Below are positions 1-14,592 of a stretch of DNA of 64,000 nt, one piece after another. The stretch covers positions 49,477,358 to 49,541,357 of the forward strand of contig NC_087251.1 in the NCBI RefSeq assembly GCF_037042905.1. The letters are read 5' to 3'. Position 1 is the first letter of the stretch; every line of letters begins with the position of its first letter. A program made the translations under genes and the position numbers. The notes under the pieces are model-generated. The model was not told the DNA's origin. It was given only the letters and a program-made list of their open reading frames with translations, and searched no databases. Origin of the DNA: Lytechinus pictus. Lineage: Eukaryota.

Positions 1-15
1 AAGGAATATCCTTAA

Positions 16-599
16 AGGAGAATGAAACCCTTGAAACCAGCTGAATCCATATCAAAGAGAAAAATCATAGAAACATATTGTTGAAAGTTTGAGGAAGATT
101 GAATGAATAATAAGAAAGTTATGAGCATTTGAATATTGAGATCACTAATGCCATGTAGATCCTCCCATTGGCAATGCGACCAAGATCTGTGATGTCACAC
201 ACGTACAACTCCCTCATTACTTTAGTACTTATTTCACTTATATTCTCACTTTTATAGAGTCTATCACAAGGTGAGGTGTTCTCTTTATGAGAGGACAAGT
301 ACAGAGGTTTCACAACATTATATCATTGATGAATCGTTTGTCATATGATAAGAATGAGCAAAAAGAGATGTTTTGGGGTATATTTTCAGTGTCCAACAGG
401 GGAGAGTTGTTCGTCTGTGACATCATAGATCTTGGTCGCATTGCCAATGGGAGGATCTCCATAGCATTAGTGATCTCCACATTCAAATGCTCATAACTCT
501 TCTATTGCTAGTCCTATTTTACTCAAACTTTTGTTGATCTTATTCTTTGATTTTTCTGCTTTCACAAAAGCTAACTTGCTCCAAGAGTTTCATTCTCCT
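16..599 (+). mobile_element. MITE with TTAA TSD (Kolobok-like termini)
   Basis: TTAA|AGGAGAATGAAAC ... GTTTCATTCTCCT|TTAA; internally palindromic. Confidence 0.85.
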
Positions 600-2502
600 T
601 TAACAATTTACAAAGTCATTTACAAATTAGTGGGTACATGAACATATACATGTATACTTGTAATAACATATGAAGTGTATACGCTACACATGTAATTTTC
701 TAGTATGCAAAATCTTGTTATCCCAATTCATCTGAGGTTTTTAGGTTAACAAGAATTGAAACATTTTAATAAATAGAGAACTAAATGTGGTTCAATTTTA
801 TATTTGTAAACTAACAACATCAGGAAAAACAATAAGCAATTACAATTGAAATAAGCAAGTAAATTTAGATGTTCAACAATTTATTGAATGTAACTATGAA
901 TTCTAGTTTGACAAGCCTTGAAATAGTGAAAGAATTAATGTCTTGAATCCTTGCAGTCATTGTTTATACATGTTGGGAAGTCCCATTAATTACAAATCAA
1001 AACTACATATACATGTATCTGTAAGAGATATAAATGAAAAGCACAACTTGAGTTGCATGTTGCACAATCAAAAAGTCAATTTTGAAATAACAAATGCATC
1101 CAATATTAGTAGTTTACACTCTGTCAACTCGAAACCGTTACATAGCGTTCCCGGTTATTTCATCTTTCTTTGAATGCAATGGTGTTTGTGGATGGGAATA
1201 ACGGAGCAAAGGTCAACGTTTCTGCAAATCATGGTCTGCTGCATCCGCGTGGTGATATTTGACGTAAATGGATGCATGGAAATCATTATGGAACAGTCAT
1301 TGCAAAGAACAAACATTCTATTGACATAACATGCTTGATTTCTTGATTTGGCATCCCAAATTATGTGCTGTGTGTATTAACCATTGAAAGCTGGCCATAT
1401 GGTGGAAGTTTGGATATATCAATAGTGTAGTGAGGGTTATGAAGGTGGAAAGATGAGGGACATCCCCCCAACTAACTATTCTCAATCAAATTTGGTTGTT
1501 TTTCCAAGATATGACTCTGCCTTTTCTAACATTTTACTGCCATTTATATGGCCAGATATATTTTTTCTTGTCAAACAAATATTCAAACTAAATAACACCC
1601 TATTGCGCCCAAAAGATAAGAAAATTGACACATGATTTCCAAGATTTCTTTGGGTTTTCATTCACTTTGTATCAAGAAGTGGAAATGTTTGCAATAGCAT
1701 TGATGTCAAAATCGCAAAAAAAAAGTATTCAGCATATACACTATTACTTTAGGGACATCATCATTTTGAGAGAAATTTTGAAAAATAGATAATAAATATG
1801 TGAATGTATGTATCATATCTGAATATAATAAATCTCCAAAGATAAAAACTAGTCCTATAATGTAAAACTGATGATATATGATTATAGTTTGCCATTATAA
1901 ATAACATCCATATTGCATCTGAAAATTTGATTTGCTAAAATTGTTTCCTGAAATATCTAAAATTGTATTCCATAACGATTTCTTGATTCATTGATACCAT
2001 TGCTCAATATATTACACATGTTCAGAATAAATGAAAGACTACATATATTGCAGAATTCACAAAGGGGATTATCAATATCATCATAATAATAAGTAAATGG
2101 GCAATACCACAAATAATTTATCTTAAGTATAAATTATTATGGATAATGCATGAATACTAAAAAGGAAAACATAAGATTTACATGAAAACAAAACTTACAG
2201 GGTCAAAGAATGCCACAAATTACAATTGAAATAAGGGAATTCAAATATATTATTAATAAAAAAAGGGAATTACGTATTATTTTCATGCAGATAACATGCT
2301 AAAGTCTTGTGAGCAAAAGGTGTCTGCAAAATTCAAAATGCATGGTTGGAAACCTTGTCATTTTAATATACAATACATGTACTCCATATGTAGGCTGTGG
2401 GAGACCTATCATTAAAAATATAGGATTTTGTATAATTTCATGTATACAATAAAAAAATGAATCTTCATAATAATTCATATTCAAAAGTTACAGGGGAACA
2501 TT

Positions 2503-3043
2503 AGGTGGTTTCAGACCGCCTTGAAGTTTGTCAGTTCCAGGTATTTTCTGATTGGAAAATTTACCCCGATCAAATACCAGGTAATATTGGCAATGTGAAA
2601 GCAAATTACGAGTAATCTCCCCGAAAGAAAATACCCACTAAATAGTAGGTACTTGTCAAACTTAAGAGAACTTTCGTGAGGATTTTTCCAAGGTCGCAGG
2701 TATTTTGGCAATGTGAAAGCAATTTACGGGAACTTTTAGCCCAGCGTGTAGTTGGGCGCGGGCACCGTGGGTGACTGCTGAGCTAGTGATTTTGAATCTC
2801 GCGCCTTGCCTGCTCATCAGACCATAGGCTACTGCGCATGCTCGTAACTTCAGGAACTTATCCCCGCGAAATTTCTCGTAATTTTGACAAGTACCTACTA
2901 TTTAGTGGGTATTTTCTTTCCGGGAAGTTACGCGTAATTTGCTTTCACATTGCCAATAATACCTGGTATTTTCTGATCGGGGTAAATTTCCTGATCAGAA
3001 AGTACCTGGAACTGACGAACTTCGAGGTGGTTTGAAACCACAT
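2503..3043. mobile_element. MITE, PIF/Harbinger-like
   Basis: aggtggtttcagaccgcc...ggtggtttgaaaccac TIRs; related copy at 25874-26358. Confidence 0.75.
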
Positions 3044-4878
3044 TCTGAGTGGTGGGGTTGCGTGTTTGGACTAAACAACCATATTGAAACCATGCAGGCT
3101 TGGACAGGTGTTAGGATTAATACCACAAGGTGTCCATTCTGGAGCCTAGTTCAGCAGGTGATTCATGGCCTCAGCTATTGTGATAAACACCAAAACCAAA
3201 CACTTGATTTTTAAATCATCCATTACATTTATTCTCTGCAAAATCAATATAACACATCTTTTTTCAAAGACCCATTGCAAATATTGTTATATACTTGTAC
3301 CTTTGGCTTCGTTTATTTCAAACATTATACAAGATAGATAATGAAAACACTTAATTTTGGCGAGAAGCAATTTGAATACGAAAATAAAGTACAAAAGTCA
3401 GCCTGCTCTGATTCATATAGAGTACCAAATGAATGCTCAATAAGATAAATTTCAATGCACATCTTGATGCTAATGCTAAACTTGTAATAAATAATTGTAT
3501 GTAGAAATGACAAGACAATGTTAGAAACTTTCTCAAAATCAGCACTATCTTCTTAAGCCAACTGGAAGGGAAGAGGGGGGGGGGGTGGATGGGTGTATAA
3601 ATCAAACTGTAGACCAAAATAAACATGTTAAATCAATGAACCACTCCTAAGATTATCAAAATCTGTGACACATTTCAGGAAAACATATGTCAGTTATTTT
3701 CACTGACATATTTCCTCTTAGCCAATTAGGTGCAAGGATTTGCAGTAGCTTATAACAATGGTGAAAGATTACTGGTTTCATGAAATGCTCCCTGGTTGTC
3801 AATGCATTACAAAATCTAAAACCTTGCCATCAAACATTTCAGACCAAATTATTTTTATCAAAGAAATATTAGATTTATAAATTACCAGAGATAACTTGAT
3901 CCTTTTTATGAGACATCCTTGATCAAAGAGAACGCCAGTACCTGGGATCTTGATTCATTTTATTTTTTGTAGCTCTGCACGTTTTCATATATTAGTTAAT
4001 ACACAGGAAGGATGGTAGGAAGTGCACCAGTGAGGGTATCAATAACCTTCCGGTGCAATCTGTATTCATATCACAAATATTACTTAAAGAGAGGTTTCAG
4101 GATTTGTACATTCTCCGCTTGAAAATACAAAGCCTGTTGAGGAAATTACCTGAGATACAGTAGTATGATGATTAATCATAGTATTTCGTTATTTTGGTAA
4201 TGATTAAACGATATTTGTATAAACATCTGGTTTTAATTTTGTGTATGTTTTTTTTAATTACATCACTAATGGTTTAATGGAAAGTTGAATTAAATTTATA
4301 TTACGAAGCTCAGTGGTAATGTAATATTAGCATTTGATAATTGCCAAACCATATACATGTTTGTCTCAACATTTGGTTTGAACCTTAAAGAATATTCAAA
4401 TTAGGCCCATAGTACTAATGGCCTAATGTTCTCTTGTTTGTGTTTTATTTTTAATGATAAGGAACAAGTGTCCTAAAAAAGGTGAAACTGGAGTGATCAA
4501 TCACTAGATTGAAAAAAAGTCATAATTTCTGTAGTTAAGCCAAGTCAAAACTATGACGTGTATGTAGTAGGGAACAAGAAGGGTGGACAGCCTAAGAGTA
4601 TACACCACTGCTAACATATATCAAAGCATGAAAACTTATCATTAGGATCTGCTTTTTATTACAGAAAAGGATCTATTAAACATATCATGATACTTTTCAA
4701 ACTTAATATTCACCCTTTTTCACCAAAACATATTCCTATTCTTGATTGAAAGCACCAATCTGGAGAGTAGTGTTTCATGAAACAGTCATTTATTGCCACT
4801 GACTAATTTGCTCTGAGCCAATCAGATACAAGCATTTCAGTAGCTTATAACAAATAACTAGTGAGATTCACTGACTAT

Positions 4879-5342
4879 GAGGCTGTTCTCATTACGCTTT
4901 CTAAAACTAGTTTACTGGAAACCGATTCAGGAAACCAGTTTGGAAGATCGCTTTACTAGCGTTCCCACTTGATCACACGAAAGTGGTTTTCTAAATCACT
5001 TCATGTAAAGCACTCTTGCTGCTATGGAAATGCTCTCAGAGGGGTGACACATTTCGCGCGAAATTTGAAACCGCAGCATAGGCATTCTACACCTGCCGTG
5101 TGAAGTAGCGCGCTCAAAATGTGCGAAGATCGCTTCCCGAAGAACGGTTGTGTCCTCACTTACGCTAAAACCAGTTTAATGAGGCGAAGCGATCTTGAAA
5201 ACTACATCGCGAGGTGGTTTTCCAAACTGGTTTGGAAGATCGCTTCCAAGATCACTTCGACCGTTCTCACTACGCGTTAAACTTGTTTCCACTAAATTAG
5301 TCTCCAGTAAACTAGTTTTAGGAACGTAGTGAGAACAGCCTC
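4879..5342. mobile_element. MITE with 3-bp TSD (TAT), Harbinger-like
   Basis: TAT|GAGGCTGTTCTCA...TGAGAACAGCCTC|TAT; splits an older tttcatgaaa mini-MITE. Confidence 0.8.
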
Positions 5343-7615
5343 TATGTGTTTCATGAAGTGCTTCCATGGTGCTGAATCACCAATACGTTTTGACACTACA
5401 GTACGATAAAGCCAAATGTGGTTCACGTGAAGGTCTCTCCTTAGCGTCAGCTCAAGCTCTACTCCACCCCATCACTCATCACGTGGGAATCTTGTTCCAG
5501 TCCGACTGCGTTCTTCCTGGGTGTTTAATCATCCGCTGGCTTGTGGGGGATACCGGAGGGGGAAAACACTCCTACAGAGTAGCATGTAGATCATGTTATG
5601 GGATACTAAATGTATCGGATGATGTTGTGCTGAGCGTGTATATTGCATGTGTGTAAGCAAAAGTGATAAGTTTACCCATAGGTTCTAGTAGGATCCATGG
5701 TTTACCTTGTTGTTACATTGGCATCCTTCCCGTGACCTTTGACACCATCACAGATAGTATTATCAATATAGCATATGACCCACTAGCCATTCAATAGCAT
5801 ACATGTGATTACAGCCCTCATTCCTTTGGCTGATTAAATATTTTTTGTTCAGTATTCAACAAAAGTATTTTAATAGTATATTAATAACAAAAATTTTGCC
5901 TCTGTAGGGATCTAAAATTCCCATTATTCACTATTCTTCTACAAAATTGATGCTTCATTTGAGACACGGCATCATGTTTACATTAATTATTGAAAAAGAT
6001 ATATCAAAAATAATTCGATTCTTGAAAGATTGTATCAAAATGAAACTAGGATGTCCAGTCTATTCCAGAAGTATACTTCAAAATACATTTGACCTAGCAA
6101 CATTTGTGTGACAAAACATTACTCAGAAAAATCTAGATAGTTACAAACACTTGTTAAGTCGTAAGATAAATTATTCATGGAAAAAAGTTTCTTACTCTGA
6201 ATAAATTAGATCTACAGTATATCATAAACAGAGCATAGTGTCAAATAGTAGATTGAAATATTGTACATGTATACAAATATATACATAATGTAGGACATGC
6301 ATCAATAAGAATGGTAGTACATGTAGAGCATAAGTATCGGATATCGATAAAGGTCAATGAAAACTCAAAATCATTTTCATTTCACTCGTCTTTGGATTTA
6401 AAAATAGATTTTCGTGCTGCCACAGACGATAAAGATGTTGGGCTTGTTGCAAAAAAGAGTTGAGATCAAAGGCAACTGCAAAAATCAAGTGCAACTTGAT
6501 TTTCAACCAATGAAATGCATGTATTACGGACTTGCACTTGATTCTTGAACATGTTATGAATGACAGTTAACACGAAGGTTGTGATCAATCTGATAAAAAT
6601 ATGATTGGATACTAGTGAGTCTTTTGAATAAAACAGTGCATGCTATAATGATCTGCATTTTTGTGATTGATTGAAAATATTTTGTGTTACAAGGTCCTGG
6701 TGCTTGTTTCATGAAGACATGTAACTATTGTAACTTTGCCATTATTGTGACTACCATGGAATCCTTGATTGTGATTGGCTGTTGAACCCTGTTACCATGT
6801 GGTATACAACTAATGAATGTGTATGCGTGCAATGGGGGAGAATATTTTCATGAGATCGAAGATGAAAAGTTCCATCCAACGAGGTGTTAGCCAAGTTGAA
6901 TGGAACATTTTGATCTTTCATTGAATGTAAATATTCTTTCCATTGCACCAATATATACATTCATTATTTTTTTTACATAACTCAAATTAGATAAAATCAT
7001 TTTTTTTAATATAAAAAAGTAAACAAAATAGATGAAATTAAGATTAGGTAGGCCTATTTCCAGCAACTCTTTTTCTCTGAATTACTAGTCGGCCTACGGC
7101 GGATTCCCCCATGTATCGACAGCTCATCAGCCCTCGGTTCTTTTGTGACGCGCATTGATTCATGGATCTGAGTCGAGTGCGCACAGTAAGTCTAGTTTGA
7201 TCTGCGCTAACTTCATGCGCACAAACACATACACAAACAAACGTAAAAAGGGAAGTAGACATACACATGATTAGTGGTGCATACTGAGGGAGCGCTAAAC
7301 CTAAAAAATGCACGGTCACCGTGCAATGGAAAATTTAAAAATGCATGCAGTAATGAATGGACAAAATATTGACAACCTTTCAACCATGAATCAGATGGCA
7401 AGAATCTTTGTTTGAGTTATTAGTTACTATTATGGCAAAGTTACAACAGTTGAATGTCCTTTGGGTCCCATTTCATAAAGACTATTTCTATAACAAATGT
7501 ATGATCAGCCAATCAGGTGAAATTTTTCAGTAGCTTATACAAGTTATATGAAATGGGCCCCAGATCTGCAATTTGAACATAAAAGTAAGCAAGAGTACAT
7601 GCTAACATAAAGATT

Positions 7616-8107
7616 GGGTGATTTCAAGTACGGTGTTGAAATCTGGTGTTGGTGTTGTGACAACACCAACAACAGCCAGGGATTGGGAAAATCGTGATTT
7701 CAAGTTCGGTGTTGGTGTTAATGATTTGAAGCCCATGAACAGGTGGCAAACAGGATGAAACATCCCCGTAAAATTAGATATTTACAGAAAAGATGAGTGC
7801 AAATCATTAGAGCCTAATCAATTTTAATGGAAAATAATATTTACTCCTTCTGAGTCTTGAAGTTATTTTAGCCTTGGCATTCTGTCAATGAGATTTTAGT
7901 GTAATTTCTCTCCGATTTCACTTTTGTCTTTGAGAAGTTCTCGCGTAAAGTTGAGATGATCAGCAGCGCAGAGGCGTGATGTCATAATTATCGACAATGC
8001 GATCGGTATTGTTACTCTGAACCCAGCTCGGTGTTGGAGCTTGGTTCAGCAGCCTTTTCACGCTCTTAAAACCAACACAAACACCGCACACCGAACTTAA
8101 ATCACCC
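7616..8107. mobile_element. MITE with 3-bp TSD (ATT)
   Basis: ATT|GGGTGATTT...AAATCACCC|ATT. Confidence 0.8.
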
Positions 8108-8567
8108 ATTGAGTTTGGGTATGCCCTACATTTAAATCAAGTCAGTGAGATTCATATATATATATCTTTTTAATACCAGATGCGAGAATATGTTTTTGCC
8201 ATCAATATACTTTAAATAAGGCTAAAATCAACATTAATCAGAAGTACAAGATTCAAAATTCAATTGACAATCAATACATGCTATTCATACATAAAAAAGG
8301 ATAGATGTAATCAAATAGAAACCAATATCCTGATTTTTTGCCTGCTAAAAGTTCTCACGCTGGGATGATCGTGGAGAATGAGGAAGTGAATAAAAATCCT
8401 GATGAGGTTTCGTTCATGAAAGAAGCCAGAAAGACCGGTTCAAGGAAGTGAATATATAAATCTCCATTCCTTCATATCTTCGTTGTCCTTTCGGTTTGTA
8501 CATATTTACAAAAGTGAGGATGACTTTGAGTGTCCGTGTGATTAATATGTTCACCAAGTGTCCCCTC

Positions 8568-8669
8568 TCATAATTGGAAATCTATACTTTGGGCTTGACC
8601 AGGTGAGCTCAGGGTATTGGATTTCTTCTGTAGCTCAAGGATTCTTGTGAGTAATATTGAGATGAATTC
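8568..8669 (-). CDS. PPP1R14: PPP1R14-family coding exon 3 (33 codons + TGA)
   Basis: Pyrimidine tract + catcAG|GAA TTC; encodes EFISILLTRILELQKKSNTLSSPGQAQSIDFQL* (cf. PHI-1 AFISGLLDKIRGMQKL). Joined protein is 145 aa, typical for the family. Confidence 0.85.
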   Translation of the reverse strand, partial: EFISILLTRILELQKKSNTLSSPGQAQSIDFQL

Positions 8670-8804
8670 CTGATGATGATAAAAAAAAAGGAGACAAGGA
8701 AAATAGTCTTTAAACATTAGTGCCAGTTTTGGTAATGAACTCATTGTGAGTTCAAACAGAATGAAATAGAACACAAAAGTGATCTGCATATAAAATGATG
8801 CTTA

Positions 8805-9663
8805 AGTTAGGAACCCCACCAGAAAATGCACTAATTCATGCTGAGTGTTAAACATACACAACAATGCTACAATGTCCAGCGAGCCCAGAGAAGCAAACTA
8901 TGTTGAATGTTATATTTTATTACATGACTTCACAATCAAATATCATCGACGGTCATCCGAACCGTCGTATCACACATACGACGGTGAAAACCCATTTCAG
9001 AGAAAATCGACTTCAAAGTTTACTATAAATTTCACACTTAGTTCTCCAGCCTTACAACATATTCATTGCTATAAATATACATGGTTAGAAAGACCAAGAC
9101 AATTGCTTGACAATGGTATCCTTATTTTTACACAAAACCAAGGATCATAGAAAATATTGCAAAAGAGCTCCGTGCTTGTAATTTCGGTTTGAGCGGTTTA
9201 GATTTCCCCTGTACGAAAACGCCATAGGGAATACAACAACCCTGACCGCGATTAGTCAAAACGTCTTATCGCTTTTCACGTGCAAAGTCAATGCAGTGCA
9301 GATGGCTGATATGACAGTTTGGTTAACCGCGCGCATTGAAATCGTCAGTCAAAACGTATCGCTCTGCTACAGTGAGTACACGTTTCCAATGGGATTTGCG
9401 CATTTTATAAAAAATGTATATGGCGTCGCCTTGAAAATCTCCTCATATCTCAGAAACTAAAATAGATTGCTGCCTAGAAATTAAGTTATGAATAGAATAG
9501 GACTTGTACATTCATTTTCTTCAAAAAATCTCAAAATCAATTTTTTGACCAAAAATGACTGATACGATGGTTCGGATGAACACCAACAATATCTAAAAGA
9601 TGGCAGAATTTGAAGTTTTGAACACTTTGAAATATGTTTATTTTCTGGTGGGGTTCACTAACT
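8805..9663. mobile_element. MITE with a nested second TIR element (~8941-9591)
   Basis: Outer agttaggaaccccaccagaaaa / ttttctggtggggttcactaact; inner catccgaaccgtcgtatc / gatacgatggttcggatg. Confidence 0.65.
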
Positions 9664-9964
9664 TTTTAGATATTTGCCAAATGATTATGGTAGAAAATGT
9701 GTAATTGCTGAAAATTAGCAACGTAATAAAGGCATTCCTGATGGGTGTCGGGTCTTTTTTCAAATGACAATAATGCACAATCCCATATATGCGTATCCGT
9801 GCTGGTGATCTACAGAGTGAACATTGTCTAGCTTATATTTCTGTAAATACCAGATCTAGATCTACAATGATATGGTGACAATTACCCTTGATTTTAGAAA
9901 ACAATATGAAAAATTGTTTACAGTACATTTGTTGCCAAGAGAAAACCAGTCGGTTACTCATTAC

Positions 9965-10549
9965 AGGTCAATTCCACCACATAAAAAGTTGATTTGATTA
10001 AATAGAGAAAAATCAAACAAGAATAATGCTGAAAACTTCATCAAAATCGGATGGAAAATAAGAAAGTTATGACATTTTAAAGTGTAGCTTATTTTTCACA
10101 AAACAGTTCTATGCACAACTCAGTGATATGCAAATGGGAGAGTCGATGTCACTCACTCACTCTTTCTTTTGAATTTTGAATTATACAATATTTCATATTT
10201 TATGGATTTGACAATTATGACCATCTTGTTTGAACCACAAACTGTTAAAACAATCAAATTCCACATGATCAGGGAGGAATGAAACTTTTTCCGATTGAAC
10301 AATGAGAAAATTCAAGTATTTCATATAATAAAATACAAAAGAAATAATGAGTGGGTGATGTCATTGGTCCCCTCATTTGCATACTGACCAGGATGTGCCT
10401 ATAACTGTTTTGTGAAATTTAGAAAAACATTTAAAATGTCATAAATTTCTTATTTCAGATCCGATTTTGATAAAATTTTCAGTTTATTCTTGTTTGATTT
10501 TCTCTTTCTATTCAAATCATCTTTTGTTGGGGGTGGACTTGTCCTTTAA
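9965..10549. mobile_element. MITE (aggacaagtccacccc family, TTAA end)
   Basis: Right end ggggtggacttgtcctTTAA and matching degenerate left arm; a related disrupted copy spans ~59431-63070. Confidence 0.7.
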
Positions 10550-11340
10550 AGTTCTGTCTCTTGGAAAAAGACATGTGGGTGGCACAAAATATGCCATGCA
10601 ATTCTGGAATTTACGGATATTATTATCTCATAGAGCATGTCCAACTAATTTAATGTAACAAATGTGTCTGGATGTTGACGTAATCGTGAAATAATAGATC
10701 AGCTAGGAAATTGTGATAAAAATAAATTGATGACAGGCAAATTGATGAGGCAAGACAAGGAAGTGTTGGCTCATTTATCATCCAGGTCATAATGAATGGC
10801 ATTTTGTCATAATAATGTATCTCATTAGAATTACAAAAAGACATTTGCAATATATACCCCCATTTTCTTCATGGCAGCAATATGACATTTGCTAATATTT
10901 CTAATGTTTCATTTCAAATTATGGAAGTGATAGACTAGTAAATTTCAATTGAATGCAGGTAATATAGTTCAAACTATAGTTTAAACATGGAGCTAGCTCC
11001 ATGGTTTAAAGAATGAACACTTCACTTGCTGTAGATCAGTAATGAGTAATGGATTAATTAACCTGCCCACAAATACAAACATATTAGAGTACCAAATGCA
11101 TATGAAGTTGCACATAAAAAAAGTCTTGAAGTGATGGTGGTTATAACCAAGGATATTACCAGGAACTTTTATTGCCTGACATATACATGTATATTTGAGG
11201 TTCAGATTGATAAAAACAAGTCAATTTTTCTGGACTTTTTCCATTAAAAGAATAACTTTCATTTAAATCTTTCCCTTTCAGTGAGGAAACTTGTGTCGCG
11301 CGCGTGTGAAATTCCATTGAGTGCCCGTCAGAAATGTTAA

Positions 11341-11479
11341 CCCTTTCCATGCGTACTTCGCACGTATGCACACTTGGTGCCGTGCGAACTTCGCATTTCA
11401 CGCTCAAGCAAACAATGCATTGTTTCCCTCCCTGAAAAGAATTCAGCACAGAGGGGTTCATGGCCCAGCGCACAAAGAG
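11341..11479. mobile_element. Mini piggyBac-like remnant
   Basis: TTAA|CCCTTT...AAAGAG|TTAA. Confidence 0.5.
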
Positions 11480-11608
11480 TTAAGGGGTGGAAGGTTCCGA
11501 ATATAGCTATGCAACGCAGTGATAAGACTGGCTATAGCAAAGATCCTCTAAATTGGAAGGGTGTCAGAGGGTTGGGGGCTCAAACTAATTCAATTAAGTG
11601 CCCCTTAC

Positions 11609-11722
11609 CTCTGAAGGTTGTGAAGCATCTTTAAGGAGTGACTCTACTTCTTTCTGTCTCTCAGAGTCGCTACGCCGCAAAAGGTCGTCAATGTCAATCT
11701 CTATTGGGTAATCCTCATCTTC
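11609..11722 (-). CDS. PPP1R14: PPP1R14-family coding exon 2 (38 codons)
   Basis: ttttacAG|GAA GAT... encodes EDEDYPIEIDIDDLLRRSDSERQKEVESLLKDASQPSE (cf. PHI-1 EEEIPELEIDVDELLDMESDDARAARVKELLVDCYKPTE). Ends GAG|GTAAGG; phase 0 at both ends. Confidence 0.9.
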
Positions 11723-11743
11723 CTGTAAAATGCCAAGTGCAGA

Positions 11744-11797
11744 TGGAGAGAGGGAGAGAGAGAGAGAGAGAGAGAGGGAGGGAGGGAGAGGGAGAGA
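11744..11797. repeat. (GA)n microsatellite, i.e. a (TC)n tract upstream of the exon-2 acceptor
   Basis: ggagagagggagagagagagagagagagagagggagggagggagaggg. Confidence 0.9.
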
Positions 11798-12439
11798 TGT
11801 GGGGAGTGAATACACAAGATGAAGAAGGGAAGATCAGAAGGATGAAGAGGGATGGGTGGGGAAGAAGAGGCAGATGTGATAGGGATAGGAGAAAAGGAAT
11901 TGGATGAGGGGAAGAGGAAATGAAGGATAATCAGTGTGGTAAAGAGAAGGAAAGAGACAAGAGGGGGTGAGAAAGGAATAACAAAGGTTAGTATCACACA
12001 ATGTTCAAATACCATCTTAAAATAAACAGTGTACATTACGGCACTTGTATGTGACATTCAAGTTCTGCCCTCCATTATGTTACATGTTGCTATCATGAAA
12101 GACGGGCTATCACAGCTCACAGTTCAAAAACACTTCAGAGCTGTATAAAAGGATATGGCAAACTCTTTGTTTATGCAGCAAAATTCAATAGCAGTCCTCC
12201 CACATTGCATATGAATGAGTGCAAGTGCAAAGTGCAAACACAAATAGAGAAAAAAAATGCACAAAGGAATTTACAATGATCTTGAGGCAAATATTAAACT
12301 AGATTAAATCTACATATTTACATGGTTCCCCAAACAATGTTATCTTACTCAAATCTTTAGCTGGTTATCAAAACTGAAATTTGATATCATATCATGGAGA
12401 ACATTCCAATAACAGTTAACACATTCTTTACTGGTTTAA

Positions 12440-12833
12440 AGCTAAATGAACGTAGTTGCAGTAAAACACTGATTTCGTGAGAAAGTCAGTAAAACCAAGG
12501 TGAAATATTAATATATCATCGTGGATCTAGATCTGGTACAGTTACATAAACTGAACTTTGTTAAATCATAATATCTAGCTAAAAAACGATCACACTGAAG
12601 ATCGCCTACACAGATAGGCACACGTGGGACAGTGTATTATTGTTGCTGGAATAAAGACCCGACGGAAGTGACCGAATCCGCGCTTATTTTGCTTATTTCT
12701 CAGCAATTACACAATTTCTTCCAGAATCCTTTGGCACATAATTTTTATTCATACAAACAGACACTTTGGTGATCATTGTATTAAATTCTGTAAAAAGTCA
12801 TTTTGAGATCGTTCCCAAAACTGGAATTTACCT
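12440..12833. mobile_element. MITE with TTAA TSD; related copies at ~18437-18839 and ~9665-9920
   Basis: TTAA|AGCTAAAT...ATTTACCT|TTAA. Confidence 0.7.
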
Positions 12834-13189
12834 TTAAATGCACAATCTGATAATCACACCATCTCTATACAAGGTAGAAAATATTGTTCATTTTAAAGGG
12901 GCTATATTTTTCCTCATATTGGGGCAACTACTGAATTTTGGGTGCTATTTTTTTTTTCATTTGAAGGGTTACTTCTTTGCTTATCAAGTAGATATGAGTA
13001 AACAGCACATATCACCGTTCTACCATGATCCATCTACATGTAAAAAGAATACTGACTATTCAAATATTCTCAGATATTGTTTGTGGCAGATCTTGGGGTG
13101 AATCCAGAAAAGATGGTCACACCAAAGCATCCCTTTTGGAGAATTTAAAGGGGCGATTAGGGCTGTGATGAGGGGCAAATTGCCCTCCC

Positions 13190-14044
13190 CCCGGGAGTGT
13201 ACTTTGTATAAATGTATGATACGTATGTGCCGCAGTCGAGACCCCCATTTTCAGCCTAAATTTCTGTTCCAGAGCATCAACAATTTAGAAAGCCATAGAA
13301 ATTTCTATTTTTTCCCGTTCCGAAGACCCTCAAATTTGTTGTTTCTCGTCCCAGTGCCCGCTCATAATCAGCGCGGTACAGTAGCAAATTGCATTGAACG
13401 ACAGCCAGAGCGATTCGGAGGCCGCTGATTGGTTCATTGCGCAGAAATATCATGGCCATTCTCATGCACAGTCATGCAACGCTCCGAAACACAGAATTTA
13501 TGCCGTTCTGGAGCATTGCACTTTTAGCAAATGTTGATACTAGAGCAGTTCCGGAGACCCCCATTTTAAGACCAAAGTTTAGTTCCAGAGCCCCCGACTT
13601 TCATTTTTGGTGTGGCACATAAAGGCCATCTGCACCATCCCGAGTTTTCAAATTAGCGCGCTATTTCTGATCCGGCAAATTATTCTGATCTGAACAATCT
13701 CGAGATTATTTGCAATGGAGACGCAATTATCGCGCTAGTTCGTAGGATTAATCTCGAGATTGCAATCCCAAGTCAACTTGGGATTACTTGCCAAGTGTAG
13801 TGCTAATTCGTAGGTGCAGACGCAATCGGGATTATTTATTCACGGCGTCAGACCATAATGCATCGATGCCTCGCTCGAGCAGGAATCGCTCTTCTTGCAA
13901 TGGTGGAGACGGGGTTTCTTGAATCTCGAGATTAATCGCGAAGAGGGCCAATCGGGCTAAAATCTCGAGATTGAGCAAACTCGGGATGGTGCAGCACCGC
14001 CTATAGGTATCATTTCATAATTCAAGTACCCCCCTCCCCCTGGG
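13190..14044. mobile_element. CCCGGG-terminated MITE containing a nested Harbinger-like MITE (13624-14001)
   Basis: cccggg..gtact / agtacccc..ggg outer ends; inner ctgcaccatcccgagttt / aaactcgggatggtgcag. Confidence 0.65.
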
Positions 14045-14592
14045 AATCGCCCATCGCCTCCCCATGTATTTCCTAACACTGCTTCCATGATATTCTGATA
14101 CAAGAATAGCACATGATTAAGAGTGTAACGTCTATTTATTGATTACTGACTGACACAATACAACTTCAAGGTGATAACTCATCTTTTAAAATGTATGTGT
14201 ATCTATATACAGCGTCTACAAGAATAATATGTACACTGTACATTAAAAACACTGAAAAATGAGTGGATGGATTATGATAACATTCAAATATTTATAACCT
14301 GGCTTTCATAAACTCTAATGAATAATATATCATATGAAAGAGAAAATTATAGTCTCTCTTACCATCTATTTGCAAATTGTCATCTGTCATGCATGAATGA
14401 CTGTAATTCATTAAGTGTGATGATGCATATTTTCATATTTATGTGATCATAGTTAAGCATAACTCATAATGCTTCAATGATCATGACTTATTTCTTATTT
14501 TTTCTGAGAGATGAGATGACATGCTTTCGGTTCACATAGAATTCAGATCCTTTTCAGCTGTTTTTACAAATTTTGACAGAAAATGAAATATC

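Noticed and set aside
119..496. Short ORFs duplicated at 50188-50382
   Set aside because: They lie inside copies of a palindromic MITE; no protein-family motifs.
8169..8174. Candidate poly(A) signal ATTAAA (minus strand) for PPP1R14; AATAAA alternatives near 4655 and 3312
   Set aside because: Such hexamers are common in AT-rich DNA; the 3' end cannot be chosen without transcript data.
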